Source: an uncultured virus (IMG/VR IMGVR_UViG_3300025127_000014) (taxonomy: Duplodnaviria; Heunggongvirae; Uroviricota; Caudoviricetes). From it: a DNA stretch of 55,735 nucleotides. The position numbers were made by a program, and so were the translations under genes. Positions within the stretch are counted from its first letter, which is position 1. Each line of letters starts with the position of its first letter. The stretch lies in IMG/VR virus record IMGVR_UViG_3300025127_000014; one strand, 5' to 3'. Under the pieces are notes generated by a model that did no database searches, was not told where the DNA came from, and saw nothing but the letters and a program-made list of their open reading frames with translations. This document shows positions 28,046-38,316 of this stretch, piece after piece.

Positions 28046-28678
28046 ATGAAAAAAAGAATTAGTATTCAATACTCAATTGATGAGTCAAATGTGGCAAATG
28101 AGTGTTATAGGTTGCTTGACAACACATTGTCAAGACTTACCTCAATTGCTGCTATTACCCCACCAACTGAATCTATCGTGAATCCCACTACTTTGAGAGA
28201 GATCAGCAGTCTAAGGGATGAATTGTCCAGTATTGATATTGAACTGGGAGATGTACATGCAATTATTGATGGCTTTTTAGCCTATCAGTACTCTAATAAT
28301 GGTGAGCCTGCGCAACCCACCAATAAAGATAAAATTGATATTCCAGACTTTCTAAATCAAAATGCTGGTAATATTAATTTAGATGAGTTAGCTGCTTTTG
28401 TTGAGCAGATTAAGGGTAGCACAGCAGAAAATTTTAATATGGATGATGTTTCTAATCTTAGCCCAACAACTCAAAATTTTGAGACAGATTCTATTGACCC
28501 CAACAAAGTCAAGCAGATTGTTGAAGAATTTAAAAATTCTGATTTGCAGGGTGTAGATCCGCAGGACATACTCAATAGTCTATCTACCCTTCAAAATGGT
28601 TCAGCAAAATTTGAAGAAATTGGTGATAGGCTCAAGGATTTGAAAGCGAGAATTGATTCCAGTGAAGTCACCGATTAA
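28046..28678 (+). CDS. Hypothetical protein
   Basis: 210-aa ORF in operon. Confidence 0.75.
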   Translation: MKKRISIQYSIDESNVANECYRLLDNTLSRLTSIAAITPPTESIVNPTTLREISSLRDELSSIDIELGDVHAIIDGFLAYQYSNNGEPAQPTNKDKIDIPDFLNQNAGNINLDELAAFVEQIKGSTAENFNMDDVSNLSPTTQNFETDSIDPNKVKQIVEEFKNSDLQGVDPQDILNSLSTLQNGSAKFEEIGDRLKDLKARIDSSEVTD

Positions 28679-29423
28679 AGATCTAAGATTTCAACCTAAG
28701 TCTCTTAGAGTTCTCAAAGAATTAATACCAGAGGACTCTTATGTTGATACTTATCTTTTGTATAGTGCCGAATTGGAGCTAAATCTTGCCGAGTCTGGTA
28801 GATACCTCGTTAGCCACACAAATTCGTATGTCATATATGATTTTTGGAGAGCCTTATTCCACTCACCTGAGATTATAGTGCAAATGGTTGATCACTTCTG
28901 GCCTATTGAAGATGATAAATTGTTCGAAGTTTATCAAACCAGATTTCGCACCTTTACCGATCACTTAATGAGAGCAGCATTGTTTTTTATTCTTAATCGA
29001 TGCTCATCGGAAGGGATGATACAATCAGGCTTGTTTGACAAAGATAATTTTAACCCTTTAGCTGTTTCATACATCAGACGATTCAAAAAAGTTAATTTTG
29101 ATGTTGTTTGGGATAGCAATGATGATTTTATACAAACAGTCAGTGACGATACTGACGCTGATTACTTGTATTTTCCTATTGGAAAGTTTAGCTACAATTT
29201 TTTAGATGAGGGCATCAATCGGGGCTTTGAGCAAACAAGAATTCAACACTCTAAACTTTTTAATAAATTAAATACGTTTGACAAAAAAGTGATTGTTGAT
29301 TATATTTATCATCCGCATTTACTAAATTTGTACAAAGACTGGCCTACTAAGATATTCCTAAATGAATATGGCCAGCGTGTAGAAAGAGACATGGCAAAGG
29401 AGGTGCTAATTGCCAATTACTGA
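28653..29423 (+). CDS. D12/Dam-class adenine methyltransferase-like protein, apparently degenerate
   Basis: KSPI, RAALFFILNR, FNP, KEVLIANY recall Dam; catalytic DPPY absent (YLYFPIG). Confidence 0.6.
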   Translation: MIPVKSPIKDLRFQPKSLRVLKELIPEDSYVDTYLLYSAELELNLAESGRYLVSHTNSYVIYDFWRALFHSPEIIVQMVDHFWPIEDDKLFEVYQTRFRTFTDHLMRAALFFILNRCSSEGMIQSGLFDKDNFNPLAVSYIRRFKKVNFDVVWDSNDDFIQTVSDDTDADYLYFPIGKFSYNFLDEGINRGFEQTRIQHSKLFNKLNTFDKKVIVDYIYHPHLLNLYKDWPTKIFLNEYGQRVERDMAKEVLIANY

Positions 29424-29760
29424 ACTTTTGAAAACATTTGCGTTATTCTCTATCGCTCAAACTTTTGTGTGGTTCCAGTGTTACTCACATTATATATGGG
29501 CTTGGTGGGAAGGTAAGCCAATTCACGCCGCCATAATTTACGGTATTCCAGCTAGTATTCTTTTTTGGTATGGCACCCGCTTAGCAGTCGATACGACAGG
29601 TGCAGCTTGGACGGCACGGATGCTCGGCTTTGGCTCTTCGTATTTTACGTTTCCAGTTTTGACTTGGTGGCTTTTGGGAGAGAGTATGTTTACACCTAAA
29701 ACTATGATCTGTATATTTTTGTCATTTTTAATTATTGGCGTACAACTATTTTGGAGATAA
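29410..29760 (+). CDS. Small 4-TM membrane protein (SMR/DMT-like)
   Basis: Four hydrophobic segments; WWLLGE before last helix. Confidence 0.7.
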   Translation: MPITELLKTFALFSIAQTFVWFQCYSHYIWAWWEGKPIHAAIIYGIPASILFWYGTRLAVDTTGAAWTARMLGFGSSYFTFPVLTWWLLGESMFTPKTMICIFLSFLIIGVQLFWR

Positions 29761-29761
29761 A

Positions 29762-30094
29762 ATGAAAATTGTAGAAAAACCATGGGGCTTTGAACAAATT
29801 TGGGCCGAGACTAATGATTATGTTGCTAAGATGCTGCACATTGAACCAAAGCAAAGACTATCTTTGCAATATCACGAGGTCAAAGAAGAAACAGTGTATG
29901 TTTTAGAGGGCACTTTGTTAAACTGGACTGACGAGACCGGCGAGCCTGATAAGTACCCTGTTGGCTCAGTTTGCCACGTTAAGCCAAATCAAGTGCATCG
30001 CTTTGGTGCCGGCAAGGAACTAGTTAGGTTGATGGAGGTTTCAACACCCCATCTTGATGATGTTGTGAGACTCGCGGACGATTACAAAAGATGA
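29762..30094 (+). CDS. Cupin, mannose-6-phosphate isomerase type II C-terminal-like
   Basis: GGAG then ATG 29762; EKPWG, LSLQYH..KEET.YVLEG, HRF, EVSTP, DDVVRL.DDY. Confidence 0.85.
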   Translation: MKIVEKPWGFEQIWAETNDYVAKMLHIEPKQRLSLQYHEVKEETVYVLEGTLLNWTDETGEPDKYPVGSVCHVKPNQVHRFGAGKELVRLMEVSTPHLDDVVRLADDYKR

Positions 30095-30849
30095 GTGATA
30101 TTTTTCTTTTTGATGTTGATGGCACACTGACGGTTGCCAAACATAAAATGGACCCGAAGTTTCAGCAAGAGTTCTTAAAGTGGATGGATGCTAAGGAAGT
30201 CTACATAGTGTCTGGTGGGACATTCGAGAGGATACTGAATCAAGTTGGCGACGATGTTCTTAACAAAACTTCCGGTGTTTTTGCTTGTATGGGCAATTCC
30301 TTTGTTCAAAAGGTTGATTTAGTAAATGACTCAGGTTTTAATGAGTGGCAACTTATTTACGAAAATAAATTTGAGTACCCTAAAAATCTTGTACGAAGAT
30401 TGGAGTCGATCGTCGCCAAATCTGATTTCCCCGTTAAAACTGGTCGCCACTACGAAGAACGTGTAGGCATGATCAATTACTCTATTGTTGGTCGAAATGC
30501 AAATCAAAGTCAGCGTAAACAATATGAAGAATGGGATACTGAGAAACAAGAGCGCAAACAAATTGTAGAAAAGTTACGGCAAAAGTTTGAAACTCTTGAC
30601 TTTGTGATTGGCGGCGCCGTCAGCATGGATATTTTTAATAAAGGCAACGATAAATCACAGATTATTGATAAGTATTTTAAGGAATCACTTGAGCACAATA
30701 AAATTCATTTTGTTGGTGACAGAATCCCTGCTCCCGGTAATGATCACACCTTGGCAGTGGCCCTTCGTTCGCACCCCAACGGCGCCGCTTACGAGGTTGT
30801 AACATGGGAAGACACAGCTAAACTATTAAAGTCTCCACCATTTGTGTAG
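30091..30849 (+). CDS. HAD-type (eukaryote-like) phosphomannomutase
   Basis: FDVDGTLT, VSGG, ERVGMINYSIVGR, GGAVSMDIF, DKS, FVGDR...GNDH. Confidence 0.85.
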   Translation: MSDIFLFDVDGTLTVAKHKMDPKFQQEFLKWMDAKEVYIVSGGTFERILNQVGDDVLNKTSGVFACMGNSFVQKVDLVNDSGFNEWQLIYENKFEYPKNLVRRLESIVAKSDFPVKTGRHYEERVGMINYSIVGRNANQSQRKQYEEWDTEKQERKQIVEKLRQKFETLDFVIGGAVSMDIFNKGNDKSQIIDKYFKESLEHNKIHFVGDRIPAPGNDHTLAVALRSHPNGAAYEVVTWEDTAKLLKSPPFV

Positions 30850-30864
30850 TTAACACCAAAAACA

Positions 30865-30874
30865 ACTATTTATA
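30865..30874 (+). promoter_or_regulatory. Putative phage late promoter motif ACTATTTATA
   Basis: Related motif before several non-TTGACA genes (24072, 35597, 37405). Confidence 0.5.
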
Positions 30875-30891
30875 GTGACGGAGATTAGCAC

Positions 30892-33800
30892 ATGGACATT
30901 TCAACTGGCAGCTGGTTTAAATACCTACGCGAAGAAGTCTTAACAGAGGGTTTACGAGACATAGGTTTGCCCGAGAGCGTTGTTGATTATATTGAATCGG
31001 CTATGCCAAACGCACCCGAGAAAGCAAAGACATACGTAGGCAACGAATGGAAGAAATATGAGTTGCCCCGCAATGGTTGGGTATTTGCTCAAAGAAATTG
31101 GGGAGGCTTTATGGAAAGAATCTTCAAAGACGAGATTCAGGCCATTGCTCCAGAGGACAGATCCCCCGGCTCTACGGAGAACTACAGAGCGAGAACAATG
31201 ACGCCATACTATACTGGTGGCGTCGATGGCAAGCCTGTTACGCGTAAGTCATACGACGACGAAATGATTGAGCAAAACAAGCGTATTGTTTTCGTGGCTC
31301 AAAATGTAGCTAACGTATTTCCAAAGCCCGCCGGCACTTTCCGCAAAGCCTTTATGAAAGCAGTCAAGGCTCTCAGCAAAGCAGGCGTCGAATCCGAAAA
31401 GGTCGAGAAAGTAAAAGAAGAACTTGCTGCCACAATGATGCGCGAGTTTAAAAGCTTTTGGTACAACTATGATACGCTATTTGCTTGGCTTAACGACGAG
31501 CCCACTAACTATGAGTTAATCAAAGGCGAAGATGATATCAACACTGCGATGAACATAGCCAAAGAAGATTTAGAGAACAAAGAAGATCCAGAAATGATCA
31601 TTCACCAGTTTGATAACGGACTCTACTGGTATAACCTGAACACATACAATTGTTCTATTGAAGGGGAGCGTATGGGGCACTGCGGATCAGACTCGCGAGG
31701 TGTGCTTGTATCGCTCCGTGAACGCAAAGAGAAGCGCAAGGCGTCATCGTCCTATGTGACTATGACTTGGAACGAAGACGATCAAATACTCTACCAAATC
31801 AAGGGACGAGGCAACAACGCACCCGACGAAGAACTTTGGGAATACATTAGCTGGTTCATTCAGAACGCAGATATCCGCTCAGTTATGGAAACCGGTGAAC
31901 ACTCTAACGATTTGTCCGGCTTCGAAGAAATGAATGCGTACCTACAAGAAGAAAACCCTGATGTTAATTTCGAAGGTGTGCTGAACATTGACGAGATAGA
32001 TGAAGCCGTCCAAGAAGTTGTTAATGACTATCAAGGAGAATACACAAGTATTTACGCTGAGGTTCAAGATCCTAATGACTGGGGCGGTGACGGACAAGAC
32101 GCATATATCACCATAGGCAGCGAACTGAGCTTCGAAGTTGACTTAGGTTGGCCTGATATTGTAAGGCGCGACAACAACTACTACTCCGCAGACGAAGCCG
32201 ACTCCGGTGACATTAACGATATGTTGGATTCTATTCCGTTTGATTCATACGGCAGAGAAGCCCGTGACTTTATATCTGAGATTGGTTTAGATGATCTCGG
32301 CTATGAACTGCCCGGTGAAGATGCTGAAGTTGAGTACGAAGTAGTAATGCTTATAGGTGCACAGCCCGATGACGTTCCTGCTGGTGCCGAGAAACAAACC
32401 GCACACTTGCGCGTGTTGATCAGATCCAACGAGACTGCGAGCGCCGACAATGCAGACGATGCCATTAGTGAAGTCGAGTTTATTGCGAGAGAACTTGAGC
32501 GACTTGAAGAAAGTATTGAGGATTACATACAAGCAGTCAGAAGCCAGTTGGTTGATGGCGAGTACATAGCCAAGGGCGCATACGACAGAACCCGTGGAGA
32601 CTTAGTTGATAAGACATTCGAACACTGGGACGTCACAGAAGGTAGTGGTGGTTCGCTGGAGTTTGCTTGGAGAAGCGACGGCTCCCAGAACGTAATCAAT
32701 GACGGTGGACAAATCCCACAAGTGATTCAGATGTACGGGCAAGATTACGATAGGAATATAACGGAGCTATACAGCAGAATCTTTGGTAGCCCAATGTCTC
32801 GCACTAGCCCACCGAGAACAGAGAATCCCGATCTAAACCGCAACATGGCGAGAAACTTAGAGAACCTTTACAGCGCCGAGCAAGCAAACCCCAACCAGCA
32901 AAAAATGAAGTTTGGTCCTGAGTATGCTGCTAAGGCTGCGAGAATAATTTTAGCTAAGGACTCACACTTTATCATTCAAGGTAGCAACAGCGCCGTTGGA
33001 CAGAACAGCAAGTATCCGACCCAGCCGATTGGATGGATGTACAAGATCAATATGAACTATAAAACATCTGAGGAAGAGATCCAAGTCACACAAGACATAC
33101 TGGACTTCTTTAACAAGAATCCTGAGATGGTGAACCAAGCAGCACAGAAAACAATCCAAGAAGCGCTGAGTGGCACGTTAGCACTAGCACAAGCTAGGAA
33201 GGATGACATTTCATCAGGACGCCAGCCATTCGCTCAGATTAGACAAATTGAAAACATGTACACTCCCGTTCAAGACACCGCAGACGGGATGAAGGCGATG
33301 ATGATCGCTCGCTGGATTAACCAAAACTTTGAGCAGATGGATGAGGTTGAAAAGTATGTGGCTTACTACAAGTACCTGCGTCCTATTGTCGGTCAGCAAG
33401 TTCGTCGCACAGGTCCAATCCAGACAGACGGCGATGATGCCGGTAAGCCTGATTACTTTGACCAAGAGGTACAGACACAGCTTACTAGAATGGGTGCTCC
33501 TGCCATCACAAAGAAGGCACGCAATCAGGGTTCACTTAGAGGCACGGTTGGGGAGCCAAGACCAGCACAGGAGAGCATGGAGGCACAAATAGGCAGAATA
33601 GATGACTTGTTAAATGAATTGCTTGAAGTTAGAAGATATAGAATGAGAATCGAGCTTTCACTTGAAACAACAGAAGCATCCTCTATTGAAGACTACAAGG
33701 ACGTGATCCGCGCGTGTAAGGGCATTACCACAGTTAACACCGAGAGTTCCAGAAAGGTTAGAGATAAAACTTTAGCTATTCTTAGTATTAAATTTGCCCT

Positions 33801-34314
33801 CAAAGGTCAAGAGTCAAGAAAAATATATTTAGAGCAGCAATTTTTACCATACATTAGAGGTATTCAAGGCCTTGAAGTCGGACCTGCTGGTTTCACATTT
33901 CCAGAAGAAATTACTAAATTAAGAGAAACTGCACTCGGAGGCTATTTGACTGCTAGAGGCCATGGTGAAATGAGCACTCCTAAAATGTCACTTCAGAGTG
34001 TTGCACAAGACTGGGCCGATGGTGGCGTGATGGCATACGATGTGCCAATGGATGCTAACAATATGGGTTATCATGTAATGGTTCCTGTAGAAGAATTAAA
34101 GCCGTATTGCTCTAGAGTTTTTAGAAAACCCGGAGATGGATTTGATGCTGGGTATCAAAATTTTATTAAGAATGGACCCACCACGGCTGTTTATGTGGCA
34201 GTAGGGCAAAATGGGAGAATAAAAATCACCGGTAACGAAGACGATGTTTGGTACGCCATGAAATCTGGTTTAGAAGAATTGCCAGTATTCTTTAGTTACC
34301 AAAAACAAGTTTAA
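30892..34314 (+). CDS. 1140-aa protein with PcfJ-like internal domain
   Basis: EGERMGHCG...LVSLR...YVTM...QIKGRGNNAP; remainder unrecognised. Confidence 0.8.
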   Translation: MDISTGSWFKYLREEVLTEGLRDIGLPESVVDYIESAMPNAPEKAKTYVGNEWKKYELPRNGWVFAQRNWGGFMERIFKDEIQAIAPEDRSPGSTENYRARTMTPYYTGGVDGKPVTRKSYDDEMIEQNKRIVFVAQNVANVFPKPAGTFRKAFMKAVKALSKAGVESEKVEKVKEELAATMMREFKSFWYNYDTLFAWLNDEPTNYELIKGEDDINTAMNIAKEDLENKEDPEMIIHQFDNGLYWYNLNTYNCSIEGERMGHCGSDSRGVLVSLRERKEKRKASSSYVTMTWNEDDQILYQIKGRGNNAPDEELWEYISWFIQNADIRSVMETGEHSNDLSGFEEMNAYLQEENPDVNFEGVLNIDEIDEAVQEVVNDYQGEYTSIYAEVQDPNDWGGDGQDAYITIGSELSFEVDLGWPDIVRRDNNYYSADEADSGDINDMLDSIPFDSYGREARDFISEIGLDDLGYELPGEDAEVEYEVVMLIGAQPDDVPAGAEKQTAHLRVLIRSNETASADNADDAISEVEFIARELERLEESIEDYIQAVRSQLVDGEYIAKGAYDRTRGDLVDKTFEHWDVTEGSGGSLEFAWRSDGSQNVINDGGQIPQVIQMYGQDYDRNITELYSRIFGSPMSRTSPPRTENPDLNRNMARNLENLYSAEQANPNQQKMKFGPEYAAKAARIILAKDSHFIIQGSNSAVGQNSKYPTQPIGWMYKINMNYKTSEEEIQVTQDILDFFNKNPEMVNQAAQKTIQEALSGTLALAQARKDDISSGRQPFAQIRQIENMYTPVQDTADGMKAMMIARWINQNFEQMDEVEKYVAYYKYLRPIVGQQVRRTGPIQTDGDDAGKPDYFDQEVQTQLTRMGAPAITKKARNQGSLRGTVGEPRPAQESMEAQIGRIDDLLNELLEVRRYRMRIELSLETTEASSIEDYKDVIRACKGITTVNTESSRKVRDKTLAILSIKFALKGQESRKIYLEQQFLPYIRGIQGLEVGPAGFTFPEEITKLRETALGGYLTARGHGEMSTPKMSLQSVAQDWADGGVMAYDVPMDANNMGYHVMVPVEELKPYCSRVFRKPGDGFDAGYQNFIKNGPTTAVYVAVGQNGRIKITGNEDDVWYAMKSGLEELPVFFSYQKQV

Positions 34315-34343
34315 CTTGTATATACTATAGGGGGCGTTTAATT

Positions 34344-35108
34344 TTGAGATATTTTACCAGAATTTTTATTACCTCTATTTTTTTGTTTTTAATTGGATTT
34401 CTTTCTTCTTATTCTGTGGCGATTGACCATCTCAATAAATCTTCGTATCAAACAAAAAAAACTTTATCGAGCACAAAAAATATATCTAGAGCTTATAATG
34501 TAAATTCTAAGAAAGCCATAAACAAATCAGTGTCATCAGCGGTGCGTGTAATGTCAGTTGATAACGCTGGTGATGGTATCTCGATGGCATCAGGTACTTA
34601 TTTTATTCATCTAGGTAAACATTATGTTTTAACGGTGTCTCACGCAATTGTTGGAAGCTGTGAAGATACTGTTATCGCTCATTTTGAAAATTCTGCTAGC
34701 TGTATTGAATTTATTTTAATTGATGAGCGTCTTGACTATGCCATATTACAGATCGAACCGATTGAAGGACGCGAACCTTTATCAATTTTAAATGCAATTA
34801 ATTTTAAAATTAAAAAGATGCCAAAACTTCTTGACAAAACATACTATACAGGTTATCCTAATAATATTGGACCATTGACCATGACCGGCACAATTGCAGG
34901 TTTTGCTGACTCTGGTCACATCTTTATAAATTCATACGCTTGGACTGGTTCATCTGGGTCTGGGGTATTCGATCAGAACGGAAAATTAATTGGAATTATC
35001 ATGGCCCTTGATGTTGGAAGCACACAATATGGCGTTGACGTACTTGAAAACCTACTTATTGTTGTGCCAACAAGCAGTATTGACTGGATGGCCGCTTTAT
35101 ACAGGTGA
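34344..35108 (+). CDS. Trypsin-like serine protease with N-terminal signal/TM
   Basis: LTVSHA (His), DYAIL (Asp), GYP, GSSGSGVF (Ser). Confidence 0.88.
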   Translation: MRYFTRIFITSIFLFLIGFLSSYSVAIDHLNKSSYQTKKTLSSTKNISRAYNVNSKKAINKSVSSAVRVMSVDNAGDGISMASGTYFIHLGKHYVLTVSHAIVGSCEDTVIAHFENSASCIEFILIDERLDYAILQIEPIEGREPLSILNAINFKIKKMPKLLDKTYYTGYPNNIGPLTMTGTIAGFADSGHIFINSYAWTGSSGSGVFDQNGKLIGIIMALDVGSTQYGVDVLENLLIVVPTSSIDWMAALYR

Positions 35109-35114
35109 TAAATA

Positions 35115-35282
35115 ATGTCAGATAAACTAAAAGATGTGGCTGTAAAGCTGGACGAGATAGAGAATAATATCTCTGAGTTAAAGGATCACATAAAAAACGT
35201 CATTGACTATGTACAGACAAATTGCATAGTTCCTGACCAAACAACAGAAACTATTTCAACCGATGGAGAAAAGAAAGAATGA
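35115..35282 (+). CDS. 55-aa coiled-coil peptide (MSDKLKDVAVKL...)
   Basis: AGGTG RBS; ATGA overlap with next gene. Confidence 0.6.
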   Translation: MSDKLKDVAVKLDEIENNISELKDHIKNVIDYVQTNCIVPDQTTETISTDGEKKE

Positions 35283-35617
35283 ATAAGTCAGAGGAAAATG
35301 ATGAGGAAGATTCAACACCAGCTGCTGATTTAAAACCAAAGCCGCCCCCTCGCCTTGCGCCGCGCGGCATTAGAACCTTTACCGTTTGTCGCCAAAGAGA
35401 CGAATCCGGTGTTTCAGGCGAAGGTGTGGTCATCGAGGGCGTGTTGTTAGCGTCAGGCCACTGTATTATTCACTGGCTCTATCCCCCACCACGCGGCGGC
35501 ATCGCTATATTTGATTCGCTTCAGGACTTTGAGAAAGTACATATTAAACCACACCCAACTAATAAAACAATTCTTACGTTTGAAGATGGCGAGCAGACTA
35601 TTTATGATGGAGGATAG
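35279..35617 (+). CDS. Phage hypothetical protein (RTF.VCR..DESGVSGEG.V.EGV motif)
   Basis: GGAG RBS; motif recalled from phage hypothetical proteins, not verified. Confidence 0.75.
   Translation: MNKSEENDEEDSTPAADLKPKPPPRLAPRGIRTFTVCRQRDESGVSGEGVVIEGVLLASGHCIIHWLYPPPRGGIAIFDSLQDFEKVHIKPHPTNKTILTFEDGEQTIYDGG
35597..35605 (+). promoter_or_regulatory. Putative late promoter motif ACTATTTAT
   Basis: Upstream of tail-fibre-like gene; no TTGACA. Confidence 0.45.
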
Positions 35618-35619
35618 TC

Positions 35620-37401
35620 GTGTCATACAAGTTTTCATCAGGTAGTGTCCGTCGCGGCGATATATATTATGAAGATGATCGCGAAGGTCAGCCCACTTAT
35701 ATTGATTTTGAACAAGATACTATAACGCTACGCCCCAGTGGATCACAGATATTGCATGCTGAACACGATAAAATCGGCATTGGCACAACACAGCCCGACT
35801 ATACACTTGACGTGGCTGGCGACATAGGAGTTAATCAATATATCTATCACAACGGTGATGGTAACACATGGATAAATTTTACTGATAATCGAATAAGACT
35901 TAATGCTGGTGGCAACAACTTCATAGACTGTGAAGATCCCGGCAGTGCACCCCATAAAGTTAGAATTAATAATGGAGGTAACAACATTGACTTTGTTATC
36001 AAAGATAACAGCAATAATGTGTATTTCACGGCTGATGCGTCTACTGCTAGAATAGGAATTGGAACAGACACTCCCGATCATACGCTGTCAGTAGCAGGTG
36101 CAGTATCAGCGTCACTAAACATTTCAGCATCTGCCTTCTATGGTGATGGTTCAAACCTGACTGGTATTAGTGGCGGTGGCGGTAGTGGTCCTGCGGGTGC
36201 AAATACTCAAATTCAGTTTAATGATGGCGGTGCAAACTTCGGCGCTAGTTCTAATTTAACTTATGATGGTACTACGTTAAAAGTTTCTAGTACAGGCTTG
36301 AACCCTATCTTTAGCCTTGAGGCAACAAACGATGGCTCAGATGCTAGCCCCGTAATGACATTAAAAAGAAACAGCGCCTCACCCGCGGACGCGGACTATC
36401 TTGGTCAGTTAAAGTTTCTTGGCGAGAATGATGCCGACCAAGAAGTTATATACGCGAAAGTAACTGGTAAAATATCAGACGCATCAGACGGATCAGAGGA
36501 CGGTATATTAGAGTTTGCCAACATCAAAGCAGGTTCGCAAACTATTACTGCTAGGCTTAGATCGGACTCACTTCAATTGTTAAATTCAACTGGGCTGACG
36601 GTGGATGGTGACGTTGGGATAGGAACAACCTCGCCGTTGACAACCCTTCACGTCCACGCAGACTCGATTGACGATGGTACAGTAACAATCAGCCAAGCCG
36701 ACAATTCTGGCGATGCCTCACAGCTTGACTTATCAAAGGCCAGAGGGACTGGCGCTTCCCCGGCTGCTGTTCAAAGCGGCGACTTCGTTGGGCAAGTTAG
36801 AATGTTAGGTTACGATGGGGATAGCTATGATAATTTTGCAGATATATTTGTTCAAGCAGCAGGCACAATTAGTACCACATCGCACCCATCTAAACTGGTT
36901 ATCAGGACTACACAGACAAGTGCAACATCGCCTACAACAGCAGTCACAATAGATGAAAACCAAGATATGACTGTTGCTGGTGCTGTATTGGGTAAGATGC
37001 GTCACATGACCCACCACAGATATAACGATGGATCGGGAACAGGGAAAGAATACATACCGTGGGCAGGTACATCAGAGCAACCAAGCCCCAGCTATATTAC
37101 TATGGGTGTTGCACCCTACAACGGGAGGCTTGTTAAGGTTCTTGTTAGATCATCGAAATCTGGTGGCCTCGGTACAACCATAGTTGGTATGCACATTGGC
37201 ACCGATGGTACCACTACTTTTAACAGCACAGCCGAAGAAACCGTAACTGTAAACATGGCCAGCGCAAATACAACTGGTACGTTTAATTTTACAAATTCTA
37301 ACCACTTCGCAGCAGGTGACACCATAGCTGTCAGTATTGATCCAACAAACGCTCACGGAAACGTAAATGTTACTTGTGTGTGGGAATATGATATTACATA
37401 A
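35620..37401 (+). CDS. Tail fibre / virion structural protein
   Basis: Repeated IGIGTTQP/IGIGTDTP/VGIGTTSP...L.V.G motifs; FYGDGSNLTGI; NTQIQFNDGG; GGAGG RBS. Confidence 0.8.
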   Translation: MSYKFSSGSVRRGDIYYEDDREGQPTYIDFEQDTITLRPSGSQILHAEHDKIGIGTTQPDYTLDVAGDIGVNQYIYHNGDGNTWINFTDNRIRLNAGGNNFIDCEDPGSAPHKVRINNGGNNIDFVIKDNSNNVYFTADASTARIGIGTDTPDHTLSVAGAVSASLNISASAFYGDGSNLTGISGGGGSGPAGANTQIQFNDGGANFGASSNLTYDGTTLKVSSTGLNPIFSLEATNDGSDASPVMTLKRNSASPADADYLGQLKFLGENDADQEVIYAKVTGKISDASDGSEDGILEFANIKAGSQTITARLRSDSLQLLNSTGLTVDGDVGIGTTSPLTTLHVHADSIDDGTVTISQADNSGDASQLDLSKARGTGASPAAVQSGDFVGQVRMLGYDGDSYDNFADIFVQAAGTISTTSHPSKLVIRTTQTSATSPTTAVTIDENQDMTVAGAVLGKMRHMTHHRYNDGSGTGKEYIPWAGTSEQPSPSYITMGVAPYNGRLVKVLVRSSKSGGLGTTIVGMHIGTDGTTTFNSTAEETVTVNMASANTTGTFNFTNSNHFAAGDTIAVSIDPTNAHGNVNVTCVWEYDIT

Positions 37402-37404
37402 GAG

Positions 37405-37414
37405 ACTAATTATA
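37405..37414 (+). promoter_or_regulatory. Putative late promoter motif ACTAATTATA
   Basis: Immediately before ATGATG at 37417. Confidence 0.45.
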
Positions 37415-37416
37415 GT

Positions 37417-38316
37417 ATGATGAAAGAATGGCAAGATTATATCGCCTCGATAGAAGAGGCCAACAGCTTCAAGAACCGCATACGTTCTTACGTTAAAGAT
37501 AGAAACAGTATGCTAGGCAAGGGAGGCAACAAGAACACACCCCCTTACACAAATAAAATGGGCTCACACGTCACCTTTGATAAACAGCTTGAAGAAGAAC
37601 TTGAAGTTGATGTTGATTCATTTAAGATCAACGAGCAACTTGATCCTCAAATTTGGAACGATGAAAAAATGGAGCCCCAGATTAGAGAAAAGTTATTAAA
37701 AATTGCAAATGATTTTGTCGATGGCTTACCAATTAGAATTAAGGTCGAAGACATAACCCTCACAGGCTCACTGGCAAATTATAACTGGTCAAAATATTCT
37801 GACGTTGATTTGCATATCATCGTAAACTTTTCAAGTGTGGATGAGAATGAAGAATTAGTTAAAGGTTTTTTTGATGGCCAGCGTATGAGATGGAATGACG
37901 TGCATGACATTACTATCAAAGATTATGATGTTGAGATTTATGTAGAGAATTCAGGTGAAGACCACCGCTCAACTGGCGTGTATTCTATTATGAATGATGA
38001 TTGGATTAAACACCCTGAATACATCGAACAAAATATAGATACTGAGACTGCTAAAAAGAAGGCCGTCGATATTGATACACAGACTAATACTATACAAGAT
38101 GATTATGATGATGGTGAATATGACAAAGTTATGAGAAATGTCGATCGTCTTAAAAACAAGATTCGTAATATGAGATCGGCTGGTCTCGAAAGTGAGTTGA
38201 TGGAATATTCACCTGAGAATATAGCTTTTAAGATGCTTCGCCGTGCTAAAGTTTTAAACAAATTAACCAAATTGAAGTATAATGCTTATGATAAAATGAA
38301 TACTTTGGATGATTAA
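37417..38316 (+). CDS. Pol-beta-superfamily nucleotidyltransferase
   Basis: LTGSLANYNWSKYSDVDLH (GS..DxD), VEIYVE, GVYSI, ENIAFKMLR. Confidence 0.85.
   Translation: MMKEWQDYIASIEEANSFKNRIRSYVKDRNSMLGKGGNKNTPPYTNKMGSHVTFDKQLEEELEVDVDSFKINEQLDPQIWNDEKMEPQIREKLLKIANDFVDGLPIRIKVEDITLTGSLANYNWSKYSDVDLHIIVNFSSVDENEELVKGFFDGQRMRWNDVHDITIKDYDVEIYVENSGEDHRSTGVYSIMNDDWIKHPEYIEQNIDTETAKKKAVDIDTQTNTIQDDYDDGEYDKVMRNVDRLKNKIRNMRSAGLESELMEYSPENIAFKMLRRAKVLNKLTKLKYNAYDKMNTLDD

Noticed and set aside
1..30849. Bacterial chromosome origin suggested by recA, dnaE, groEL, clpP, guaB
   Set aside because: gp32-like SSB, endolysin, tail-fibre-like gene, phage MTase, single-strand coding and dense small ORFs point to a phage
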